Assembly (NCBI GenBank): GCA_048497935.1 | Contig: JBEHYY010000001.1 | Coordinates: 129,977 to 193,976 of the forward strand | DNA from: Verrucomicrobiota bacterium | Lineage (GTDB): Bacteria > Verrucomicrobiota > Verrucomicrobiia > Opitutales > JABDGR01 | Direction: 5' to 3' | Length of the DNA: 64,000 nt | Position numbers and translations under genes: made by a program | Part shown: one piece after another, positions 1 through 9,621 of the stretch | Layout: each line of letters opens with the position of its first letter | Position numbering within the stretch: position 1 is the first letter of the stretch | The notes under the pieces: generated by a model | What the model was told of the DNA's origin: nothing | Database searches by the model: none | What the model saw: the letters and a program-made list of their open reading frames with translations, nothing else

Positions 1-28
1 TGTCGAGGCAACCTGAACTTTTTCTCCC

Positions 29-1252
29 ATGGCCATTGAATTCAACGCTGACTCCACCGGGGTAACCGAGGCGAAAGGCTTTGCCGCCGCCGCCATCAGT
101 TGCGACATCCGCGAAAAAGGCACCGACCGGCTGGACCTTGCCTTCGTGTACTCCACCGCGCCCTGCACCGTGGCGGGCGTCTTTACGAGCAATGACATCA
201 AGGCCGCGCCCGTCCGTGTGTGCCGGGAAATCATCGATTCGGGCAAACCCGTGCATGGATTTGTCGCCAACAGCGGCAATGCGAACGCCTGCACCGGACC
301 GCAAGGGCTGATTGACGCGCGGGAGATGGCGCAGCGCGCCAGCACCACTGCCGGTTTGCCCAACAACAGCTTCCTCGTCTGCTCGACCGGGCGGATTGGC
401 CGGGCCTTGCCCATGCCGCGTATTCTTTCCGGCATTGAGCGGGCCCTGCCCGCGCTGGGCGCCACCCAGGAGCACAGCCGCCAGGCCGCTGAAGCCATCC
501 TGACCTCGGACACGCGGCCCAAGACTTGCACGGCGCGCTTTGCCTGGGAGGGCAAGATGGTGACTGTCGCCGCCATGGCCAAAGGCGCGGGCATGATCCA
601 GCCCAACATGGCCACCATGCTCGCCTTTTTGTGCACCGACGCCGGCGCGCCGGCCGCACTGCTGCACGAAACCTTGCAGGCGGCGAACAAGCATACTTTC
701 AACGCCATCACCGTGGACGGCGACATGAGCACCAACGACACCGTGCTGTTGCTGGCCAATGGTGCTTCCGGCGTGGATTTGGCCAAAGCACCCGCGGAAG
801 CCCGCGCGCTCTTTGCGCAAGCCGTCACGCAGGTGTGCGACAGCCTGGCGCAAAAGATTGTCGGCGATGGCGAGAAAATCACCAAGGTGGTGGAGCTCCT
901 CGTGCGCGGGGCGCCGGATGAAGCCGCCGCCGAGCGGGTGGCGCGCGCCATTGGCAATTCGCTGCTCGTGAAGTCCTCCTGGTTTGGCGAAGACCCGAAC
1001 TGGGGCCGCGTCATCGACGCCGCGGGCTACGCGCGCGCGCACCTGTGCGAGGAGAAGATTACGATGTTTTACAACGACACCGTGGTGCTCAAACACGGCC
1101 TCGCGCAGGACCGGCATATTCCCCAGTGGAAGGAAATCGTCCGCCAGCCGCGGTTCCGCATCACGCTGGAGCTGGGCCTGGGCGCGGGCCAGTACCGACT
1201 GCTCGCCAGCGACCTGACGGAAGGCTACGTCAACTACAACAAAAGCGAGTAA
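29..1252 (+). CDS. argJ: Bifunctional ornithine acetyltransferase/N-acetylglutamate synthase
   Basis: NSGNANACTG, KGAGMIQPNMATML autoproteolysis site, DGDMSTNDT, C-terminal DLTEGYVNYN. Confidence 0.97.
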   Translation: MAIEFNADSTGVTEAKGFAAAAISCDIREKGTDRLDLAFVYSTAPCTVAGVFTSNDIKAAPVRVCREIIDSGKPVHGFVANSGNANACTGPQGLIDAREMAQRASTTAGLPNNSFLVCSTGRIGRALPMPRILSGIERALPALGATQEHSRQAAEAILTSDTRPKTCTARFAWEGKMVTVAAMAKGAGMIQPNMATMLAFLCTDAGAPAALLHETLQAANKHTFNAITVDGDMSTNDTVLLLANGASGVDLAKAPAEARALFAQAVTQVCDSLAQKIVGDGEKITKVVELLVRGAPDEAAAERVARAIGNSLLVKSSWFGEDPNWGRVIDAAGYARAHLCEEKITMFYNDTVVLKHGLAQDRHIPQWKEIVRQPRFRITLELGLGAGQYRLLASDLTEGYVNYNKSE

Positions 1253-1401
1253 GGCTGCTGTCGCGCAAAATCCGCCAAGCCGCCATCCATTCGTAACCAC
1301 CGCCGACTCGTGTTCGCCCTTGCACCCGGACGCGATGTTTGCCATTTTTCCCGTTTTCACCAACCGCCACCGCCGCACTCTGTCCCAATAAGTTTTTACC
1401 G

Positions 1402-2289
1402 ATGACTCCGGAGCTCGATCCGACGACAAAAGCCCGCGTGCTGCTGGAAGCGCTGCCGTACATCCAGCGTTTTCGCGGCTCTATTTTTGTCATCAAGTTT
1501 GGCGGCGCCTTCATGGACGACCCCGACCCCACGGCGCGCCTGAGCGGGGCGACCGACCTCGCCTTTCTGGCGGCGGTGGGCATCCAGGTCGTCGTGGTGC
1601 ACGGCGGCGGCAAGGCCATCACCCGCGCCATGGAAGGCGCCGGGCTGAAGCCCGAGTTCCGGCACGGCCTGCGCGTGACGGACGAGGCGGCCATGAACAT
1701 CGTGGAGCAAACGCTCAACGGCCCGCTCAACGCGGAAATTTGCGACCTCCTGCGGCAAAAGGGCGGCAACCCGCTCGGCATGAAAGGCAATGATGTCTTC
1801 CTCTGCCAAAAACATTTTCCCAAAAATGAGGCCGGGGAGCCGGTGGACCTCGGCTATGTCGGCGAAGTCAACCACGTCAAAACGAAGCTGATTAAAAAAG
1901 CCTTGGCCGAAGGTTACACCCCCATCATTTCGCCGGTGGCGGTGGATGAGCACGACCACCCGTTCAACACCAATGCGGATGTCGCCGCCGGGGCGGTGGC
2001 CAGCGCCTTGCGGGCCCGGCGTCTCGTGTACCTTTGCGACGTGCCGGGGCTGCTCTCCGACCCCGGCCGGCCGGAATCGCTGCTCTCCACCCTGAAGGTG
2101 AGCGACGTGGCGGAGCTGAAGAGCCGGAAAGTCATCACCAGCGGTATGCTCCCGAAGGTGGACAGTGCCGTCAAAGCCCTCGACGAAGGCGTGCACCGCG
2201 TCCACTTTGTGGACGGGCGCAAGCCGCACAGCACGCTGCTCGAAATCTTCACGGACAAGGGCATCGGCACGGAAATCGTGAATGGCTGA
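1402..2289 (+). CDS. argB: Acetylglutamate kinase
   Basis: [44 protein letters not shown]; start moved to ATG 1402. Confidence 0.96.
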   Translation: MTPELDPTTKARVLLEALPYIQRFRGSIFVIKFGGAFMDDPDPTARLSGATDLAFLAAVGIQVVVVHGGGKAITRAMEGAGLKPEFRHGLRVTDEAAMNIVEQTLNGPLNAEICDLLRQKGGNPLGMKGNDVFLCQKHFPKNEAGEPVDLGYVGEVNHVKTKLIKKALAEGYTPIISPVAVDEHDHPFNTNADVAAGAVASALRARRLVYLCDVPGLLSDPGRPESLLSTLKVSDVAELKSRKVITSGMLPKVDSAVKALDEGVHRVHFVDGRKPHSTLLEIFTDKGIGTEIVNG

Positions 2290-2367
2290 GATGGACCGGC
2301 GGCCCTCCGGGGCCGCGGCATTGCCATTGCCGCACCGTCTTTTTCCTTTCTTCATTTTCTCCCTCCC

Positions 2368-3576
2368 ATGACCGACACCACCACCGACTTTGAGTCCTAC
2401 CTGCTTGGCAACTATGCCAAGCCCGCGCTCACGCTGGTGCGCGGGAAGGGCCTCCATGTCTGGGATGCGCAAGGGCGGGAATACCTGGACTTTGCCGCCG
2501 GCATTGCGGTGACAGGATTGGGCCATTGCCATCCCACCTGGGTGGCGCGCGTGCAGGAGCAGGCCGCGACACTGGCGCATTGCAGCAATTATTACCGGAA
2601 CCTCCCCCAAGGGCGGCTAGCCAAGGGACTGGTCGAACACATCGGCCCCGGACGGATTTTCTTCTGCAATTCCGGAGCCGAGGCGAACGAGACCATCCTC
2701 AAGCTCGCCCGGCTGCATGGCCGCGCCTTGGAAAAAGGCGTGGACGGCAAGCGGTACAAGGTCATTTGCGCGAAGAATGCCTTCCACGGCCGGACCTTTG
2801 GCGGCATGGCGGCGACCCCGCAGGAAAAAATCCAGAGCGGCTTCAAGCCCATGCTGGAAGGTTTTGCCTTTGGCGAAATCAATAATCTCGCAAGTTTTGA
2901 AAAACTCGTGGACGCGCAGACCGCGGCCATTTTTGTCGAGACCATCCAGGGCGAGAGCGGCGTCCACCCCTGCAGCCCGGAATTCCTGCGGGGCCTGCGG
3001 GCGCTCTGCGACAAACACCAGCTTTTGCTCATGATTGACGAAGTGCAGTGCGGGATTGGCCGGACGGGCAAGTTTCTCGCCTGCACCCATGCGGGCATCA
3101 CGCCTGATGCCGTGGGCCTCGCCAAGGGCGTCGGCGGGGGCTTTCCCCTCGGTGCGGTCTGGGTGGCGGAAAAATATGCGCCGTTGTTCACTCCCGGCTC
3201 GCACGGCAACACCTTTGGGGGCAACCCGCTGGCCTGTGCCGCGGGATTGGCCGTGCTGGAGGTCATGGAGCAGGAGAAGCTGATTGACAACGTCAACGCG
3301 CTCGCGCCGGCCTTTCACCAAAAACTGCGGAAGTTGGCGGCGGAAGTCCCCCACCTCATCACCGAGGTGCGGGGCCAAGGCTTCATGATCGGGCTGCAAA
3401 TGACGACGGACCTGCCTCCCCTCATCACCCAATTGCGGGAAGCGGGTCTGCTCGTCGTATCCTCCGGGGGCAATGCCATCCGGCTGCTCCCGGCGCTTAC
3501 GGCCACGGCGGCGGACCTTGACGCCGCGCTCGCCATCCTCCGGAAAGTTTTTATAAGCTGGAAACCCGCCGCCTAA
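2368..3576 (+). CDS. argD: Acetylornithine aminotransferase
   Basis: Class III PLP motifs FFCNSGAEANE, FHGRT, DEVQCGIGRTG, LAKG; arg operon context. Confidence 0.95.
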   Translation: MTDTTTDFESYLLGNYAKPALTLVRGKGLHVWDAQGREYLDFAAGIAVTGLGHCHPTWVARVQEQAATLAHCSNYYRNLPQGRLAKGLVEHIGPGRIFFCNSGAEANETILKLARLHGRALEKGVDGKRYKVICAKNAFHGRTFGGMAATPQEKIQSGFKPMLEGFAFGEINNLASFEKLVDAQTAAIFVETIQGESGVHPCSPEFLRGLRALCDKHQLLLMIDEVQCGIGRTGKFLACTHAGITPDAVGLAKGVGGGFPLGAVWVAEKYAPLFTPGSHGNTFGGNPLACAAGLAVLEVMEQEKLIDNVNALAPAFHQKLRKLAAEVPHLITEVRGQGFMIGLQMTTDLPPLITQLREAGLLVVSSGGNAIRLLPALTATAADLDAALAILRKVFISWKPAA

Positions 3577-3595
3577 CCACGCCCACCTCTTTATC

Positions 3596-4525
3596 ATGAA
3601 ACACTTCCTCCAGGAAACAGACATTCCGCAGGATGAACTGGATGCCCTGTTCAGCCGGGCTGCGCGGCTGAAGCAGCAACGTGGGCGCACCGGCACCGAC
3701 GCCCTGCACGGCCAGTCGTGGGGTCTGATGTTTTTCAAGAAGAGCACACGGACGCGCGTGTCCTTCCATGTCGGCGTGGCCGAGTTGGGCGGCACGCCCA
3801 TCACCCTCAATGCCGACGACCTGCAAATCTCCCGGGGTGAAACCGTGGCGGACACCGCGCGCGTGCTGTCGCGCTACCTGCATGGGCTGGTCATTCGGTG
3901 CTTTGAACACAAGCTGCTTGAGGACTTTGCCTCGACCGGGAAAATTCCCATCGTCAACGCCCTGTCCGATTTCCTCCACCCCTGCCAGATTTACTCGGAT
4001 GCCCTCACCCTGGCGGAGCGCTGGAGCGAAGGCGGCGACCTGCTGGGCTCGCTGGCGGGCAAAAAAATCGTGTTTTACGGAGACACCGCCTGCAATGTCG
4101 CCAATTCCTGGCTGCTGGGTGCGAACCACTTTGGCATGGAGGTCATTCTCTGCGGACCAAAGGGCTTTGAGCCAGGCGTGGAGATCACCTCCTTGCTGAA
4201 AAAACAGGGCGGGAAATTCACCTTCACCACCGACCCCAAGGAAGCGGCCAGGGGCGCGGACGTGCTCTACACCGACGTGTGGGTGTCCATGGGCAAGGAA
4301 GCCGAGGAAACAGGCCGGCTGCAAAAACTGCAACCTTATGCCGTGACGCGGGAATTGCTCGACCTTGCCAAGCCGGGCGCCTACTTCATGCACTGTTTGC
4401 CGGCGCACCCGGGCCTCGAAGTCACCCAGGAAGTGCTCAATGATCCGCGGAGCATCATCTTTGACCAGGCGGAAAACCGCCTGCATATGCAAAAGGCAAT
4501 CCTCGAATGGATCGTCAAAAAATAA
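3596..4525 (+). CDS. argF: Ornithine carbamoyltransferase
   Basis: STRTR, HPCQ, HCLP, QAENRLH motifs. Confidence 0.96.
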   Translation: MKHFLQETDIPQDELDALFSRAARLKQQRGRTGTDALHGQSWGLMFFKKSTRTRVSFHVGVAELGGTPITLNADDLQISRGETVADTARVLSRYLHGLVIRCFEHKLLEDFASTGKIPIVNALSDFLHPCQIYSDALTLAERWSEGGDLLGSLAGKKIVFYGDTACNVANSWLLGANHFGMEVILCGPKGFEPGVEITSLLKKQGGKFTFTTDPKEAARGADVLYTDVWVSMGKEAEETGRLQKLQPYAVTRELLDLAKPGAYFMHCLPAHPGLEVTQEVLNDPRSIIFDQAENRLHMQKAILEWIVKK

Positions 4526-4557
4526 CCGCCATTTTTAACCCACAACCTTACTCATCC

Positions 4558-5793
4558 ATGAAAATCGCCCTTGCCTACTCCGGCGGCCTCGACACTTCGG
4601 TCATTCTCAAATGGCTGCGGGAAACCTATGACTGCCCGGTGGTGACCTTCGCCGCGGATATTGGCCAGGAGGAGGAACTTAACGGCCTGCCCGCCAAGGC
4701 GAAGGCCACCGGCTCCGCCAAGCACTACACGCTGGACCTCGTGGAGGAATTCGCCAGCGACTTCATCTTCCCGATGATGCGCGCCAACGCCGTGTACGAA
4801 AACCAGTATTACCTGGGCACCTCCATTGCCCGGCCCCTCATCGCGAAGGCGCAGATCGACATCGCCCGGCGCGAGAAGTGCACGCACCTGGCCCATGGCG
4901 CCACCGGCAAAGGCAACGACCAATGCCGGTTCGAGCTGACCTTTGCCGCCTTGTCGCCGGAGCTCGACATCATCGCCCCCTGGCGCGACGCCAAGTTCCG
5001 CGCGGAATTTCCAGGCCGGAGCGAGATGATCGCCTATTGCCAGAAGCACAAAATCCCCGTCGAAGCCTCGGTCAAAAAGCCCTATTCGATGGATCGGAAT
5101 CTCCTGCACATTTCCTATGAGGCCGGCATCCTGGAAGACCCCTGGTTCGACCCGACGACGCCGGAGAACAAGGGTATGTTCAAGCTGTCCGTTTCACCCG
5201 AAGATGCGCCGGACAAGGCCGAATACGTCGAGCTGGAATTTGCCGCCGGCAACTGCGTGGCCGTGAATGGCAAGCGCCTGTCCCCCGCCGGGGTGATGCG
5301 GACACTCAATGCCCTCGGCGGCAAACATGGCATCGGCCGGGTGGACCTGGTGGAGAACCGTTTTGTCGGCATGAAGAGCCGCGGGGTCTATGAAACCCCG
5401 GGCGGCGCCATTCTTTTGCAAGCCCATCGGCAGGCCGAAAGCCTGACGCTCGACCGCGATTTGGAACATCTGCGCGACTCGCTCATCCCGAAATACGCCG
5501 AACTGGTGTATTACGGGTTCTGGTTTGCGCCTGAGCGCGAGGCACTGCAGGCCCTGGTGGACAAGAGCCAGGAGACCGTCACGGCCACCGTCAAACTCAA
5601 GCTGTACAAGGGCAACATCATCACCGTGGGCCGCAAATCGCCCCTGTCGATGTATGATGCCAACATCGCCTCGATGGAAGGCGTGAAGAGCGCCTATAAC
5701 CAGGACGATGCCACCGGCTTCATCCGGCTGCAAGGCTTGCGCCTGCGCGCCCGGCACGCGGTGCTGTCCCGCAAACCGGCCAAAAAGAAATAG
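4558..5793 (+). CDS. argG: Argininosuccinate synthase
   Basis: [38 protein letters not shown]; start ATG 4558. Confidence 0.97.
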   Translation: MKIALAYSGGLDTSVILKWLRETYDCPVVTFAADIGQEEELNGLPAKAKATGSAKHYTLDLVEEFASDFIFPMMRANAVYENQYYLGTSIARPLIAKAQIDIARREKCTHLAHGATGKGNDQCRFELTFAALSPELDIIAPWRDAKFRAEFPGRSEMIAYCQKHKIPVEASVKKPYSMDRNLLHISYEAGILEDPWFDPTTPENKGMFKLSVSPEDAPDKAEYVELEFAAGNCVAVNGKRLSPAGVMRTLNALGGKHGIGRVDLVENRFVGMKSRGVYETPGGAILLQAHRQAESLTLDRDLEHLRDSLIPKYAELVYYGFWFAPEREALQALVDKSQETVTATVKLKLYKGNIITVGRKSPLSMYDANIASMEGVKSAYNQDDATGFIRLQGLRLRARHAVLSRKPAKKK

Positions 5794-5863
5794 GCAGGCT
5801 TGTTCTGGCCGGGTGACTGGGGTAAAATGTTCTTCAGGCCAGCACCCACTGGCCCGATGTGGC

Positions 5864-7666
5864 GTGAACCTATTACTGAAGCAATTCAGTGCGTTGCTCA
5901 CCCTGGCCGTTATGGCGGGTGTGCCCCACCCTTTGCACGCCGCCTCGGTGCCCCTGGCACCGGAAAGCACGGTGCTGGTGGTGGCCAAAGCGGGTGACAA
6001 GAATGAGCAAGACGCCGCCCGGCTGCTACAAACTTGGTTGCGCAAGGCCTGCGCCAGCCCGGCAGGCTTCGACATCAAGGACGACTCGGACGCTTCCGCC
6101 TGGAGCGGTAAAACCGCGGTGGCCGTCGGTCGTAATTCACTATTAAAGCCTGACTCCCGGCTCGATGAACTGAATGACGACGGTTTTGTCATCCATGGGC
6201 AGGAGGGGATTATCACGATTGCCGGCCATACCAGCAATGCAACCTATTATGGCGTCGTTTCCTTTTTGGACCGCTATGCCGGGGTGCGCTTTTATATGCC
6301 CGGGGAATTATGGACGAGCCTGCCCGCCACACAGAAGGTCGCTTTTGAGGGCGATGATGTTGTTTCGCAACCCTTTGTGGTTTCAGGATTCATCAGCGGC
6401 GTCACCACCAAGGCCCAGGGCGATGAAAACTGGTTGAGAAAAATTGCCGGAACGCGCCGCAAAGCCGACACCCACCAGCACGATCTCTGGGCCATTTTCC
6501 CGCCGGAAAAATATGCCGCCACCCATCCGGAAATTTACCCCATCTACAATGGCCAGCGTTACATTCCCACAAGCGCCGGAGACCAATCCTGGCAAGTGGA
6601 CTTTACGGAACCGGCCACCTTGGGCGCGGCCAAGGAATCCATCACCGAATACTTCAAGAGCCACCCGGCGGCGCCGTATATTGCCGTGAGCATTAACGAC
6701 AATACCCGCTGGAGCGAAAGCGAACGCAACCAGCAAGTCATTGCCGCGTTCAAGGAACAGTACCCCCGGGGGGACTATACCCTCATTGCCACAAGCGATA
6801 TTTACTGGCGATTCATGAACCAATTGGCGGAATGGATGCACGAAGCCTTTCCGGGAAAGTTTTTGGTGGGGCTGGCCTATCTGCCCACGCGCGCCGCGCC
6901 GACTTTCAAGCTGGCGGATAACATCATGGTTTTCACGGTTTTCCACCTAGGCGAGCTGGCGGCCTATACCGCGTCAAACAACGGCCAGCCTTCCCTCCTG
7001 GATGCCTGGCTGGCGGCCACCCCCCACTTGGCCAACCACGATTGGTATGAAGGCGATGGCTACCTTTTCCCGCGCATCTATTCGCAGCAATGGTCCCAAT
7101 ACCTCCGCGTGCTCGCCGCACATGAAAGCTTTGCCTATATGCACGCGGAAGCCTACCCGAATTGGGGGTTCGACGGGCCCAAATTCTACATCCTGGCAAA
7201 AATGTGGTGGGACCCCTCCCTCGATCCCCGCGGGCTGACCCGCCAGTTTTGCGCGGATATGTTCGGTCCGGCGGCGGAACCCATGTTTCTTTATTTTGAA
7301 GAGTGGGAGAAGTTATGGACAGAGCTGGACCTGAAGGAAGGCCCGCTGCGCAAATTGGCCCTCTGGAACACCCAGTTTAAGACGACCCTGGCCAGTCGCA
7401 GCATGCTCCTCCATTGCCAGGACTTGCTCACCCAAGCCGCTGCCCTGGCGCAAACCAGCGAACAGCAGGCCCGCGTGGCGCTTTTTGCCAAATGCTTCGC
7501 TTTCAGCCAGAGCCTGTTTGCCCTCCAGGAAGACCCCGGCAACAAGGCACTCCATCAACACGCCGTGGAACTCGCCAACGAGTTAATCAAAGATCCATGG
7601 GCGCTGTACAATACCGCCAATGCCGCGGAAGCCATCAAAATCATCTCGAAAGACCCGCCGAAATGA
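5864..7666 (+). CDS. Secreted DUF4838-like (glycoside hydrolase-related) protein
   Basis: Signal peptide from GTG 5864; GH20/GH67-type N-domain (DGFVI..ITIAG..TYYGVVSFLDRYAGVRF); HPEIYP; MWWDP..FCADMFGPAAEPM. Confidence 0.7.
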   Translation: MNLLLKQFSALLTLAVMAGVPHPLHAASVPLAPESTVLVVAKAGDKNEQDAARLLQTWLRKACASPAGFDIKDDSDASAWSGKTAVAVGRNSLLKPDSRLDELNDDGFVIHGQEGIITIAGHTSNATYYGVVSFLDRYAGVRFYMPGELWTSLPATQKVAFEGDDVVSQPFVVSGFISGVTTKAQGDENWLRKIAGTRRKADTHQHDLWAIFPPEKYAATHPEIYPIYNGQRYIPTSAGDQSWQVDFTEPATLGAAKESITEYFKSHPAAPYIAVSINDNTRWSESERNQQVIAAFKEQYPRGDYTLIATSDIYWRFMNQLAEWMHEAFPGKFLVGLAYLPTRAAPTFKLADNIMVFTVFHLGELAAYTASNNGQPSLLDAWLAATPHLANHDWYEGDGYLFPRIYSQQWSQYLRVLAAHESFAYMHAEAYPNWGFDGPKFYILAKMWWDPSLDPRGLTRQFCADMFGPAAEPMFLYFEEWEKLWTELDLKEGPLRKLALWNTQFKTTLASRSMLLHCQDLLTQAAALAQTSEQQARVALFAKCFAFSQSLFALQEDPGNKALHQHAVELANELIKDPWALYNTANAAEAIKIISKDPPK

Positions 7667-7679
7667 TGCCTTTTTTGAC

Positions 7680-8831
7680 CTAAGCCAAAACCCGCGCACC
7701 GGGGCCAGTGCGGGCGGTAAAGATGACCGGTTCGTGCCCAAACTGCTTGGCATAAGCGGCAGTGACAGGGGCGGCGGTCTGCGCAGTGAACTCAGGGGTC
7801 GTCAGTGCCATCACCGCCCCGCCAAAGCCGCCGCCAGTCAGGCGCGCGCCATGGACGTCGGGCAGCTTGACCAGCCGATCCACCAGGAAATCCAATTCCG
7901 GGCAGCTATTGAGGAAAAGTTCGCGGGAGCTTTGGTGTGAAGCGATGAGCTGCTTGCCCACCACGGCGAGGTCGCCTTTCTCCAAGGCCTTGACCGTGGC
8001 GCGCACGCGCTCAATCTCCCGTGTGACGTGGAGAGCGCGGGAGTACTGGTCGGCCGTCAGCTCCGTGCGGGCGGTTTCCACCTCATCGGGGCTGATGTCA
8101 GCGAGAAACCGGGCCGCAGGGTGATTGCGCTGCAAAATCTTGAGGGCTGCCTCGCACTCGCGGCGGCGGGTCGCATAAAGTGAATCCAGCAAGGCGTGCT
8201 TGGCACCCGTGTTGAAGACCCAGAATCGTGCGGAGGCAGGCATCGGCACGTTGGTGAAGGTCTCGGCCTTGCAATCAATCAGCACGAGGCGGCCTTCCTG
8301 GCCAAAGGTGGAGACGCCCTGGTCGAGAATGCCGCAGGGCATGCCGACAAACTCGTTTTCCGCCAGGCGGGCCCAGCGGGCCAGGTTGGTGGGCGTGATG
8401 GTAAAGCCAAACAGCTCGCGCAACGCCACGGCGGTGGCCAGCTCCAGCGCGGCGCTGCTGGACAGGCCGGCACCGGCTGGCAAGTCGCCGGCAATGGCCA
8501 AGTCAAAACCCGAGGGGAAATTCAATGCGTTTTTTTGCAGTGCCCAAGCGACGCCGAGCGGATAATTGGCCCAGGCCGGGGCGCCTTGGAGCGGCGTGAG
8601 GCCATCCAAGGCCGCCTCCACGGGAGCGCCATAGGGCTGGCTGTAAATCCGCACCTTGCGATCAGCGCGGCGGGAGGCGGCCACCTGCACCCCGCGGTCG
8701 ATGGTGGCGCCAATGACCAGGCCGCCATTATAGTCCACATGGTTGCCGATGAATTCCAGACGGCCTGGGGCGTAACCACAGACGGTGGGCGCGGTGCCAA
8801 ATTGCTTTTTAAAGAGGTCGGAGGCAGTCAT
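7680..8831 (-). CDS. galK: Galactokinase
   Basis: APGRLEFIGNHVDYNGG, PAGAGLSSSAA, CGILDQ, GARLTGGGFGG; start ATG 8831. Confidence 0.95.
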   Translation of the reverse strand: MTASDLFKKQFGTAPTVCGYAPGRLEFIGNHVDYNGGLVIGATIDRGVQVAASRRADRKVRIYSQPYGAPVEAALDGLTPLQGAPAWANYPLGVAWALQKNALNFPSGFDLAIAGDLPAGAGLSSSAALELATAVALRELFGFTITPTNLARWARLAENEFVGMPCGILDQGVSTFGQEGRLVLIDCKAETFTNVPMPASARFWVFNTGAKHALLDSLYATRRRECEAALKILQRNHPAARFLADISPDEVETARTELTADQYSRALHVTREIERVRATVKALEKGDLAVVGKQLIASHQSSRELFLNSCPELDFLVDRLVKLPDVHGARLTGGGFGGAVMALTTPEFTAQTAAPVTAAYAKQFGHEPVIFTARTGPGARVLA

Positions 8832-8970
8832 GAGCGTAAAGGGATGATGGAAGAGGGAAATCGTGCCGGGGAAAAGCAAAAACGGCGGAGGGACCTCAGG
8901 AGCTGGCATTGCCTTTTGGGCGCAACCTGCCAACAATGGCGGTGGTTATTGTCTGGAAACCGCCATAGTC

Positions 8971-9561
8971 ATGCCCAAAACATCATCGCCCCAGGAAGTG
9001 GCGGAGCTGGAGCTGGCGCTGGAAAAGTCGCGCAAGCTGCCAACATTTCGCGTGCTCATGGTGTTTTTCTGGGGGTTGATCATGGCCAAGTGCCTGTTGG
9101 CGCAGTGGGCGGCCACGCGCTACGAGATGCCGATCAACACCAAGTTCTATGTCTGGACGCTTTCGCTAGTGGGTTCGGGGGCGTTGACGCTGGTGTATGC
9201 CTGGGTGCTGTTCAAAGAACTGCCCACCATGCCGCTGAGCGGGCGGATGGCCAGCGCCACCTGGGCAGGCTGTGCCATCGGGTTTGGGCTGCTGGCGCTG
9301 GTGGCGATGCTGTACCATGCCTTTAACCCCTTTTTCCTGCCTGCGCTGGCGGCCATCCTGCTGGGCGTGGGCTGCCACATCCAAAGCGTGATTTCCCGGC
9401 GCCTGCTCTTCCGGACCCTGGCGGTGGGCTGGTGGCTGACGGCTTTGGGCCTCTTTACCCAGACGGACATCGACGCGCTGGCGTGGATGGCACTGGCGCT
9501 GCTGTTGCTCATCGTTTTCCCGGCTGGCTGGCTGTTCTTCACCCGCAACCATTCCGCCTAA
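8971..9561 (+). CDS. Hypothetical integral membrane protein (~6 TM)
   Basis: Multiple hydrophobic segments; start ATG 8971 chosen. Confidence 0.7.
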   Translation: MPKTSSPQEVAELELALEKSRKLPTFRVLMVFFWGLIMAKCLLAQWAATRYEMPINTKFYVWTLSLVGSGALTLVYAWVLFKELPTMPLSGRMASATWAGCAIGFGLLALVAMLYHAFNPFFLPALAAILLGVGCHIQSVISRRLLFRTLAVGWWLTALGLFTQTDIDALAWMALALLLLIVFPAGWLFFTRNHSA

Positions 9562-9621
9562 ACGCACGCCCCGGAAAAATCTCCCGGGTGGAGGCTGCCG
9601 CAAAAAACGGGGGCCCTTCTA

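Noticed and set aside
1396-4492. Long minus-strand ORFs over the arg genes
   Set aside because: Antisense shadows of high-GC coding sequence with no motifs
29-5793. arg operon lacks argC and argH
   Set aside because: argC may lie upstream of the window edge; split arg clusters are common
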